Assembly: GCA_044451945.1 (NCBI GenBank)
Contig: JBIOKR010000001.1
Location: 7,672 to 71,671, forward strand
DNA from: Candidatus Lutacidiplasmatales archaeon
GTDB taxonomy: Archaea > Thermoplasmatota > Thermoplasmata > Lutacidiplasmatales > UBA184
Direction: 5' to 3'
DNA length: 64,000 nucleotides
The position numbers were made by a program, and so were the translations under genes. Below are positions 9,029 through 15,922 of this stretch, one piece after another. The notes beneath the pieces are model-generated. The model was not told the origin of the DNA, searched no databases, and saw only the letters and a list, made by a program, of their open reading frames with translations. How positions within the stretch are numbered: position 1 is the first letter of the stretch; each line of letters opens with the position of its first letter.

Positions 9029-9053
9029 AGCGGTTCGAATCCGCTCGGGGCTA
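9029..9053 (+). repeat. tRNA 3'-end fragment (T-arm + acceptor 3' strand + discriminator); att-like copy 1
   Basis: AGCGG-TTCGAAT-CCGCT forms a perfect T-arm, followed by CGGGGCT and A. No complementary AGCCCCG 5' acceptor strand and no D/anticodon arms lie upstream, so this is a fragment. The core CGAATCCGCTCGGGGCTA is at 9036-9053. Confidence 0.8.
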
Positions 9054-9054
9054 T

Positions 9055-9077
9055 GGTCCGAATCCGACCTGGGCTAT
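9055..9077 (+). repeat. Degenerate tandem copy of the tRNA 3'-end unit (att-like copy 2)
   Basis: GGTCCGAATCCGACCTGGGCTAT matches 19/23 positions of GGTTCGAATCCGCTCGGGGCTAT (9032-9054) and sits exactly 23 nt downstream. Confidence 0.6.
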
Positions 9078-9135
9078 TCCTTCCTGAGGCAGTTGCAAGG
9101 AGGGGTCGAGCGCCCCATTAAAGTAAAGGGAACGC

Positions 9136-9143
9136 TTTATTAA
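9136..9143 (+). promoter_or_regulatory. TATA-like box for the ArsR-family gene (leaderless geometry)
   Basis: TTTATTAA is centred about 26 nt upstream of ATG 9165 in an A/T-rich gap. Confidence 0.35.
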
Positions 9144-9164
9144 GCGGATACTTTACCAGTAGCC

Positions 9165-9473
9165 ATGGATGCCTTTCGCGCCATGGCGGAACCGCGCCGG
9201 CGCAAGGTTGTGGAGATTCTTGCCCATAGAGGGACCCTTAGCGCGTCGCAGATCTGCGATGAGTTCGATGTGACTCCTCAGGCGATTTCCCAACACCTAA
9301 GGGTACTTCGTGAGGCGAATGTGATCCATATGGAGAGGAGAGCCCAGCGAAGGCTCTACACCTTCAATCCTAAGTCGACGACCCAGATGCAAGTGTGGGC
9401 CGCGGAATTGGCGAAGTTGTGGAACCGCAGGCTCGACCGACTCGAGAAGATTCTGAAAGAGGAGGAAGCATGA
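9165..9473 (+). CDS. ArsR/SmtB-family HTH transcriptional regulator
   Basis: EPRRRKVVEILAHRGTLSASQICDEFDVTPQAISQHLRVLREANVIHMERRAQRRLY is a typical ArsR wHTH. Confidence 0.85.
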   Translation: MDAFRAMAEPRRRKVVEILAHRGTLSASQICDEFDVTPQAISQHLRVLREANVIHMERRAQRRLYTFNPKSTTQMQVWAAELAKLWNRRLDRLEKILKEEEA

Positions 9474-9961
9474 ATCAAGAGAGGGGGAAGGGGTCAATGG
9501 ACAGAGAACGACGCGACGCGCAAGTGTCGCGGGACTTCGACTTCCCGCGGGCGATTGTCTTCAACCTGCTCACCGACCCGAAGAAAGGGGCGGTCTCTTG
9601 GAGCCCCGAGGGGGCGGTCAATCTCGTCTTCGAGTTGGACCCGAGGCCTGGTGGGACGATACGAATTCACGACCGCGACAGCGACGGCAACGTTGCCAAG
9701 ACGATCGGAACCGTCATGGAGATTGTAGTTCCCGAACTCCTCGTCGTCAGGACCGCAACGACGCCTCCAACAGGCACGGCCCCGTGGGAGGCGCTGCAGA
9801 CGCTGAGGTTCGAAGAGATCAGCCCGAGGAAAACGCGAGTGACCATCCTGGTAAAGGTTCTCGCGACCGGCTCCTTCCCCGGAGGCATTGAGCCCCTCGA
9901 GCGAGCGTACCAGGGAGGATGGGGAGAGGTCCTCGAGCACTTGCAAAGTGCGCTGCGCTAG
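9470..9961 (+). CDS. SRPBCC/AHSA1-like domain protein
   Basis: VSRDFDFPRAIVFNLLTDPKK...IRIHDRDSDGN... resembles the Aha1/SRPBCC proteins usually paired with ArsR. ATG 9470 overlaps the ArsR stop (ATGA). Confidence 0.65.
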   Translation: MNQERGKGSMDRERRDAQVSRDFDFPRAIVFNLLTDPKKGAVSWSPEGAVNLVFELDPRPGGTIRIHDRDSDGNVAKTIGTVMEIVVPELLVVRTATTPPTGTAPWEALQTLRFEEISPRKTRVTILVKVLATGSFPGGIEPLERAYQGGWGEVLEHLQSALR

Positions 9962-9968
9962 GTCCGTC

Positions 9969-10206
9969 CTAGTCGTTCAGCCGAAGCCGCTCGTCCCTAC
10001 CAGGCGACCCCCAAACCAGGCGGTACAGCCAAGGCAGGTGCTCTATGGGAACCTTGCGAGGGCACCCGGGTGTGCCTGTCGATCGGAGGGCGTGAGGGAG
10101 GTTGTCTGAAGTCCGCTGAGAGGCCTTGAGTTGGGCCCGCAAGATCATCCCGACGATCCCGTCCCCTCCCGTCAGCAGTGTGTTCAGTTTCCTCGGAAAG
10201 AGCCGG
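9969..10206 (-). pseudogene. Possible relic of a tyrosine integrase C-terminus
   Basis: HALRSTGTPGCPRKVPIEHLPWLYRLVWGSPGRDERLRLND loosely parallels HVLRRTFGRTLWDNGVPIEKIAYLMGHEDTRETKKYLGLN of the intact integrase. The catalytic His/Tyr positions are not conserved. The region ends at an att-like copy. Confidence 0.25.
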
Positions 10207-10224
10207 CGAATCCGGTCGGGGCTA
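10200..10224 (+). repeat. att-like copy 3 of the tRNA 3'-end sequence
   Basis: GAGCCGGCGAATCCGGTCGGGGCTA. The core at 10207-10224 matches 17/18 positions of the 18-mer. Its flanks resemble those of the copy at 15905. Confidence 0.6.
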
Positions 10225-10392
10225 GATCCCACCTCCCGCCGTCCCGCTACGGCGCTCCGCCGACGGTTCGTGGAGAACCGAGCCGGCCGCAAGGAGTGGG
10301 TTCTCGGCCAATCCCACGGGCAGCTGGCGACTGCCTGACTAAATGACCGACTTGATATACCCTGGATCCCATGGCCAACATGGAGGACCGCT

Positions 10393-10608
10393 ATGGCCAC
10401 TAGTAGCATCGCCGTGAGCCAAGAGACCCGAAAGCTCCTCGAGACGCTCAAGACCGGGGGTGAGACCTACGACGATGTCATTCGGGCCCTGGTGGCGACC
10501 CACCCGACTCGGTTGACCTGGGCGGAGATTGCCAGGCGGATACGCGAAGGTGAGCCGGAGGGCCCGATAGAGGAACTCATCGCCAAGAGCCGGAAGCAAC
10601 CCTACTGA
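10393..10608 (+). CDS. Putative antitoxin (archaeal VapB-like, pfam02697-type)
   Basis: IAVSQETRKLLETLKTGGETYDDVIRALV matches the I-x-V-x2-ET-x3-L-x2-LK-x2-GESYDDVI pattern of that family. 71 aa. The stop overlaps the start of the next gene. Confidence 0.65.
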   Translation: MATSSIAVSQETRKLLETLKTGGETYDDVIRALVATHPTRLTWAEIARRIREGEPEGPIEELIAKSRKQPY

Positions 10609-10964
10609 TGGCCTTCCGGATTCGTCGAAAGCTCTCGAGCGATTCGGAATTCTTGGCGCTGCCTCCCGAAGTGCGGGAGGTCTTCATCGTGGTCTTCCGG
10701 GAGTTGGCCGTATCCAAGAGCCCCCGTCTGAGAGGTCAAGGGTACTTCATCGAGGAGCTGCGCCAGCGACAGAAGATCGCTCCGGAGGGGATCTTCTCCG
10801 TACACGTCACGGAGCTCCCCCGCGAGGAGTGGTTCTGGCGAGGGGCGTTCTTCCGGCGACGAAGCGATCTCGTCTTCTTTGGGTTCGGACCCCGGTTCCC
10901 GGATTTCTACGTCCGCATGGCCCGGGCCCGAGCCGCCATGTCCCGGGTCGACGATGAACGATAG
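10608..10964 (+). CDS. Putative toxin, RelE/ParE-like
   Basis: 118 aa, 1-nt overlap with the antitoxin (TGATG). The C-terminal WRGAFFRRRSDLVFFGFGPRFPDFY resembles the RelE/ParE YRxxY...ixilxigxR..xY core. The assignment is tentative. Confidence 0.45.
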   Translation: MAFRIRRKLSSDSEFLALPPEVREVFIVVFRELAVSKSPRLRGQGYFIEELRQRQKIAPEGIFSVHVTELPREEWFWRGAFFRRRSDLVFFGFGPRFPDFYVRMARARAAMSRVDDER

Positions 10965-10979
10965 GGGTGCCGATTCTAA

Positions 10980-11597
10980 TTACCCGGGCCAATCGAGTGG
11001 GCAGCCGACCGAACCGAAGTCCGGCGAGACGAGGGACGTCAAAAACCTGTCCCCGGTAAACCGGATGTTCTGGAGGTCGGTGTCGAAGACCAGCTTGACG
11101 CTGGCATATGGGGTAGGGGGAATCGCCCAGTTACCCCCGAGCGTCCACGTCGATAGGGTCCAATTCCGAACTCCGACTATTGCGCCGGTTGAGCTGAGTG
11201 CGGTCACCCGCGCTGAGGGGCCCAACGCGACGGGAAGGCCGGATTGGATATTGGAGTTGTTCGTCGGTAGGCCCAAGACTTCAAAACGAAAGTCCGAGAG
11301 GATCCTCCCGGCGACGCCGGGGGTGCTGAGGCCGTATGAGTAGCAGTTCTCACCGGCCAAGTACTGACAGCCAGTTTGTCCAGAAGCTACGTAACCGAGC
11401 GGAGCGAGTGACCTTGCAGGGGGGCCCGGCCCGAGTTGTTCGTTAGGCACTAGTTGTCCCACCCACCACAGGTTGACGCAAACGGCCGCGGCAAGCGCGA
11501 GGGCCGCCACGGAGAACACGATGATAGACCGACGACGGGACTGTTTTCGGCCGGAACGGCTACCGTGCGAGGACGACTCGTCCGTCATAGCCCCCAA
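10980..11597 (-). CDS. Hypothetical N-terminally anchored extracellular protein
   Basis: Basic N-terminus followed by the TM helix SIIVFSVAALALAAAVCVNLWW, then a Ser/Thr/Gly-rich ectodomain. Confidence 0.55.
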   Translation of the reverse strand: MGAMTDESSSHGSRSGRKQSRRRSIIVFSVAALALAAAVCVNLWWVGQLVPNEQLGPGPPARSLAPLGYVASGQTGCQYLAGENCYSYGLSTPGVAGRILSDFRFEVLGLPTNNSNIQSGLPVALGPSARVTALSSTGAIVGVRNWTLSTWTLGGNWAIPPTPYASVKLVFDTDLQNIRFTGDRFLTSLVSPDFGSVGCPLDWPG

Positions 11598-11863
11598 CGC
11601 CTTGACTTAGAGGCCACCATCCATAACCTCATTGTGCGCAGAGCTTGATGCGGCACCGCGGTTCTGCTAAAGGCGGCGTGCGTAAAGGGTGGGTTTGCTG
11701 ATCCCCCCCGGGGGTTCGGATTGGGTCTCCGATGCGGTTGGGGCGGACCTGATTCCCCCGCTGGTTCAAGAAGCAGGACCGATCCTGCGCCCTTCCAGCG
11801 AGACTCCACGAGTTCACCGGTCGGAGCGTGTACGCACCCGGCAAACTCTAAGGTAAACCGAGC

Positions 11864-12355
11864 ATGTCAACCGCCGTGGGAGATTACCCGGACGATACCC
11901 CATGGCTGAGGAGTTCCATCATCTCCTTTTCCACCATTCTCTGGACCATCGGAATCTCGCTCGTGATCACCGTCCCGATTGCGGCAGCGTGGGCAGCAGG
12001 GTGGGTCGAGCTGGCATCGAAGGGAGTCCCGGATTTTCTGATACTCGGCGTCATCTATGTGGTGGCGTGGTTGGTCACTCTATTGGCAATGACCGTCCTC
12101 CTGAACCGCGACAGGAAGGTTCTGGCAGTCATGGCGGTTCATCGGGGTCTTAAGTTCGAACTGGCCTCCTCCGCACCCGAGCTCGTACCGTGGGAGGACC
12201 TCCTCAGAGCGTCCTCGGAGCCAAAGGATCGGTGGGTGCGCCTGACGTACCGATGCAGAGACGGAACCGGGACGGAGGGTTTCTTCCTCTTGAGCCACTA
12301 CCAGTTCGAGGGGGTGGCAAGGCATCCCCTGTTTCCCGCTCGCATCCACCATTAG
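11864..12355 (+). CDS. Two-TM membrane protein, distant paralogue of 6386-6895
   Basis: Two hydrophobic helices followed by about 80 aa soluble. The C-terminal GFFLLSHYQFEGVARHPLFP parallels MSYILSPKQFEAAKAVFP in the element-borne protein. Confidence 0.55.
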   Translation: MSTAVGDYPDDTPWLRSSIISFSTILWTIGISLVITVPIAAAWAAGWVELASKGVPDFLILGVIYVVAWLVTLLAMTVLLNRDRKVLAVMAVHRGLKFELASSAPELVPWEDLLRASSEPKDRWVRLTYRCRDGTGTEGFFLLSHYQFEGVARHPLFPARIHH

Positions 12356-12471
12356 CGTGCGTTCGGTGAGGGGGAGCCCGTGTCCCAGGACCTGCTACCA
12401 ATGAAGCTCATGCCCCACCCAAGAGACTCTACGATCTGTGGCGCTCGTGACCGGGCGATAAGGAGAGGTTT

Positions 12472-13026
12472 TTGACCTCACCCGAGAGTGCATCTTCCCA
12501 TCCGAACCGAGGAGAGCCGGTGTCTCAGTCGGTCCCAGGGTCCTCGTCGCCTCGGAAGATTGGCCGGGGGCTGGGATACGCCGGTCTGGCGATCTTGGGC
12601 TCCGCCGTCATCTTCGTGGCGGCTCTCTGGTCGATTTACGCGGGGGCATTGGGACCACGGGCCGTGGGCGGGCCACCGCCAATCGTTGTCGTGGCGACGG
12701 CGGGAACGACATGGAAGGTGAGGGCGGGTGGACACGAAGATGCCGGACCGATCGATATCAGCTCGGATACCTCTTGGCGAATGTACGGGACTTTCGCCTC
12801 CGCTAACGGGATTGCGGCGTACGTCCTGACCGCGAGCGACTTTGCACGATGGAATGGCTCACAATCTCCCCCAGCCGCCTACTCATGGAGCTCGGGGGGG
12901 AGTGTTGCTTCTGGGACTTTCGAAAATCTAATCCTCCCATCGGATACGTACTACATCGTCTGGGACAACACGAACCCGACCCTCCCGTCCTCGGTTGAAA
13001 TCACGGCGATGATCTATGCTTCATAG
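12472..13026 (+). CDS. Hypothetical N-terminally anchored extracellular protein
   Basis: TTG start, TM helix LGYAGLAILGSAVIFVAALWSIYAG, then a beta-rich ectodomain. Confidence 0.5.
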   Translation: MTSPESASSHPNRGEPVSQSVPGSSSPRKIGRGLGYAGLAILGSAVIFVAALWSIYAGALGPRAVGGPPPIVVVATAGTTWKVRAGGHEDAGPIDISSDTSWRMYGTFASANGIAAYVLTASDFARWNGSQSPPAAYSWSSGGSVASGTFENLILPSDTYYIVWDNTNPTLPSSVEITAMIYAS

Positions 13027-13387
13027 CCCGAGCTCGCACCGCCTGCGCAAACGGTCTGGTTGAGTGAAGGCTCGGGAGAGGTTCCAGCAGGGGATAGAAA
13101 TCGAGTCCCTTTCCAAAGGGCTCCCCCTTGCTTGTCCGGCGAGGAAGCGAATCGGATTGAGGCAGCTCGAGTGCTCGGGCTTTGGGTTGCTAGGGGGCGC
13201 GCCAAGACTTACGTCGACCCTGACCCGTTCAAGGAGAGGGCGACGGAGATCGGGAAGACGCTGGGAGGAAGTCGGAGGACGGGTTCAGTCGACGGAGCGA
13301 GGTGCGCGCCTGGAGCGGGCCACGTGTTCGACGTGGCGCGCCTTCTCCGGAGGAACTTTATCCTGAAGGGTATGAGAGCAACTCGGA

Positions 13388-13909
13388 ATGAAGGCATCCT
13401 CCAAACACCCTACGGAGACCCCGCGCAAGGTGCACTCGCCGAGTGTGACGTACGTTGAGGACAGAGGGGCCGTCTACAACGCGCCGATCGAAGTCGTTTG
13501 GGATTTCATGGAGAAGGACGAGACGTTCCATCCCAAGGCCCACAATGCTGCGGTGCGGAACTTCGAAGGGAGGGCCCTTTCCGAGGTTACGACCCTCCTT
13601 AGCTATGAGAGGCGAAAGGGCGGCCGATGGGAGAAGATGGTCTGTCGCATGACTGCAATTCGTCCTGCGGCGAGGATCCAGGAGGACCTCGATGGCCCGT
13701 TCGCAGGGTCGAAGACGGTGTTCCTCTACACGCCACAGGGCGAACGAACGGTCGTCGATGTATTCGGCTACATGCAGTCTCCCGAGCTCACCCCCGCGGA
13801 GATCAAACGGGACAGGAAGGAGACCTGGGCGAATGCCTACTCGGAGGACTTACCCTATTTCCGCCGCTATTCCAAGCAACACCCCTCCGTCCTGGTGAAG
13901 CGCAGGTAA
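13388..13909 (+). CDS. Hypothetical protein, possibly SRPBCC-fold
   Basis: 173 aa. AVYNAPIEVVWDFMEKDETFHP is SRPBCC-like. The assignment is weak. Confidence 0.5.
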   Translation: MKASSKHPTETPRKVHSPSVTYVEDRGAVYNAPIEVVWDFMEKDETFHPKAHNAAVRNFEGRALSEVTTLLSYERRKGGRWEKMVCRMTAIRPAARIQEDLDGPFAGSKTVFLYTPQGERTVVDVFGYMQSPELTPAEIKRDRKETWANAYSEDLPYFRRYSKQHPSVLVKRR

Positions 13910-14026
13910 ACATCTCGCTGTGGCCGACAGCCTGATGTTCCTGCACTTTCGATCCACCCCCGGGTCTTGATAGGCGTGGGTTTCTGCTGGTGAGGGTTCG
14001 CGACCCGTTTCGGTCCCCCCGAGTTC

Positions 14027-14974
14027 TCAGAAGATCACGGGCGGCCGAAGCTTCTCATGGCCCGTGGTTCCGCCTGCCGAGAACGTAGCAGCCGACCGGC
14101 CCAGGTGGTACATGAACGATTCCGCCGCTACGGATACGTTGAGTTCCACTACCACCATGTAACGGTGGCTCCCGTTGAAGCTGCCGTTGAGGAACCAGGA
14201 TGGAGAAAACGTGCCGACGAGCCGGGAGGAGGCACCGAAGCTGTAGTTCTCCGAAACCCAAATCGAGTAGTTTGAAGACCAGTAGGACCGGTTCGAATAT
14301 GCCCCGAAGTACCCGTAGCTGATCGTCTGCACCCCCGAAGCGAGGTGGACCCCCGACCAAGAATTGGCGGGGTGGATCGCCCCGCCCGTGGTGAGGTCCA
14401 GGAGCTCCGCATACCCGGCAACGTTGACGACCGCCTCCACGTCGCACCACTGGTAGGCGAAGGTGTAGGTGAAATTCGTGTGCGCGTAGATGAAGTGGTA
14501 TCGCGTCACGTTGAATGGGCATCCGAACACCGGCTTGCCGAACGAGGCGTTGGTCGACCCTGTCAGGGCAATGGACCAGCCCACCTCGACTCCGTGATCG
14601 GAGGCGTTCAAGCTCACCGGTACTCCGATGGAGAGTTGCTCCTCGGAGAGGGCGTACGAATCCGCGGCAGCCCCACCCCTCCCGGTAGGACATGCAAGGG
14701 CCCGACCCGAGGCCGACCAGCCTCCAACGTGGGTGGATCGATTGAACGCCACCGGTGCGGAGGTTTGATGCGAGCAGTTCCAGACCTCGATCGTGTGGCT
14801 CCGAGAAACGGACAACGGGGCTGGTAACCCGGAGCCGGAGACGGGCACGGACGAGGCTACGACGACGGCTCCCACGAGGACAAGCACCCCAATGGTCGAC
14901 CCCGGCCCGAGGAAGATCACACCCTCCAGGACGCCTTGGGAACGGTGCCCGAGGTTGCGTTGTTTCGTCCTCAT
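14027..14974 (-). CDS. Secreted/anchored sequon-rich protein (paralogue of 21770-22579)
   Basis: N-terminal TM helix VIFLGPGSTIGVLVLVGAVVVA and 12 N-x-S/T sequons in 315 aa. It shares the motifs LLD.T......PANSW and a C-terminal ...S.AG.....KL....I.F with the 269-aa protein at 21770-22579. Confidence 0.65.
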   Translation of the reverse strand: MRTKQRNLGHRSQGVLEGVIFLGPGSTIGVLVLVGAVVVASSVPVSGSGLPAPLSVSRSHTIEVWNCSHQTSAPVAFNRSTHVGGWSASGRALACPTGRGGAAADSYALSEEQLSIGVPVSLNASDHGVEVGWSIALTGSTNASFGKPVFGCPFNVTRYHFIYAHTNFTYTFAYQWCDVEAVVNVAGYAELLDLTTGGAIHPANSWSGVHLASGVQTISYGYFGAYSNRSYWSSNYSIWVSENYSFGASSRLVGTFSPSWFLNGSFNGSHRYMVVVELNVSVAAESFMYHLGRSAATFSAGGTTGHEKLRPPVIF

Positions 14975-15133
14975 CCCGGTCCGAGAACCGAGACCTCTCG
15001 CAAGCTAAACGCTTTCCGGACCGGACTCGCATCGATACGCTCGGAGCGAGTTCACCGTGAGTTCCCCCGAAAGCGAGCTTAACCATCCCTTTCCGATGGG
15101 GAGGGCCCCTCACGATGAGCACCTTCTCGCCGC

Positions 15134-15568
15134 TCACTCCATCGGGACGTGCCGGTCGGAGGATTGGAATCGCTTTGGAGGTTCCCAGAGTTCCAGTCGG
15201 TTTCCCTCCGGGTCCTCGGCCCAGCCAAACTTCCCGTACGCGGACGGTTCCGCATCGGGAGACACGCGTACCCCTTTCGCCCGAAGCTGCGTCAACAGCT
15301 GGTCGAGATTCGCTACGCGATAGTTCACCTCGGCAGACGGCCGGCCCCGACCCCACTCACGATCGCCGGCTCCGAGCGCCGCCCAGAGCGTGGTCCCCGC
15401 GCGCTTCCTACCTCTTGGACTAATCCACTTGTAGACGGCCATCTGATCCTTGATTTCCAACCCGAGATGGTCCCTGTACCACGCTGCGAGCTCCTCCGGA
15501 TTGCGAGCTCGTAGGAATACTCCGCCAATCCCTGTAACCCGTCCGACCTTCCGCTGCTTGCTCGCCAC
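15134..15568 (-). CDS. VOC-family (glyoxalase/bleomycin-resistance fold) protein
   Basis: VTGIGGVFLRARNPEELAAWYRDHLGLE ... YGKFGWAEDPEGNRLELWEP is a typical VOC beta-alpha-beta-beta-beta module. Confidence 0.8.
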   Translation of the reverse strand: MASKQRKVGRVTGIGGVFLRARNPEELAAWYRDHLGLEIKDQMAVYKWISPRGRKRAGTTLWAALGAGDREWGRGRPSAEVNYRVANLDQLLTQLRAKGVRVSPDAEPSAYGKFGWAEDPEGNRLELWEPPKRFQSSDRHVPME

Positions 15569-15904
15569 TACCCATCACCCGCCGGGGCTCTTCTACACGG
15601 CCATGGCAATAAGTCGTACGGTGGGCGGTCAACGATCACTTCTCTCGAGTCGCGTGCGCGGGTGCGCAAGGCTCGCCTTTCGCCATCTCGGGGGCCGGCG
15701 GAAGGCGAGGGACCTTTTCCGGAGGGGAGGGTTGACTACGGCCCCCCTGGACGGTAAACCGCGCCGAGAACCCTGCGCGCGCCTCATTCGCCGGCGACTC
15801 TTCGAGATCAGGCCCTGAAGACCCCGCGGGATGGACCCTGTGGCGGATGGCGCGGCGTACCGGCTCCTCCCCGACGACGTATCCCTTTGTCATGTAAAAG
15901 CAGG

Positions 15905-15922
15905 CGAATCCGCTCGGGGCTA
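15905..15922 (+). repeat. att-like copy 4: exact repeat of the tRNA 3'-end core
   Basis: CGAATCCGCTCGGGGCTA is identical to 9036-9053. There is no tRNA body upstream. Confidence 0.8.

Larger units (their letters stand above)
1..9035. mobile_element. Integrated plasmid/virus-like element (left boundary outside window)
   Basis: Contiguous module of prim-pol/helicase, orphan MTase, serine recombinase and tyrosine integrase. It ends directly at a tRNA 3'-end fragment (9029-9053) that is repeated downstream. Confidence 0.7.
9054..15904. mobile_element. Composite genomic island / decayed integrated element(s) bounded by tRNA-derived direct repeats
   Basis: Flanked by the exact 18-bp repeat (9036-9053 / 15905-15922) with an internal 17/18 copy at 10207-10224. 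Cargo: ArsR/SRPBCC, TA pair, small membrane or secreted proteins, VOC enzyme. G+C looks lower than in the flanks. Confidence 0.6.

Noticed and set aside
8984-9056. A complete tRNA gene immediately downstream of the integrase
   Set aside because: Only the T-arm, the acceptor 3' strand and the discriminator can be folded. The required 5' acceptor strand (AGCCCCG or a G:U variant) and the D and anticodon arms are absent on either strand. It was therefore called a tRNA 3' fragment (att).
9969-10451. SSV-type split integrase, with attP inside the int gene giving int(N)/int(C) halves
   Set aside because: The att-like copy at 10207-10224 does lie inside this 160-aa ORF. However, the would-be int(C) part is only about 80 aa and lacks catalytic His/Tyr. 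The ORF's N-terminal part overlaps the antitoxin gene. The neighbouring intact integrase is not split.
13060-13458. 132-aa ORF upstream of and overlapping the 13388-13909 gene
   Set aside because: No motif was found, and it overlaps the better-supported downstream gene in another frame. Coding status is undecidable from sequence alone.
15636-15893. 85-aa minus-strand ORF next to the right-hand att copy
   Set aside because: It is Pro/Ala/Gly-rich after the first ~20 residues with no recognisable domain. It could be a truncated gene remnant, but there is not enough support to call it.
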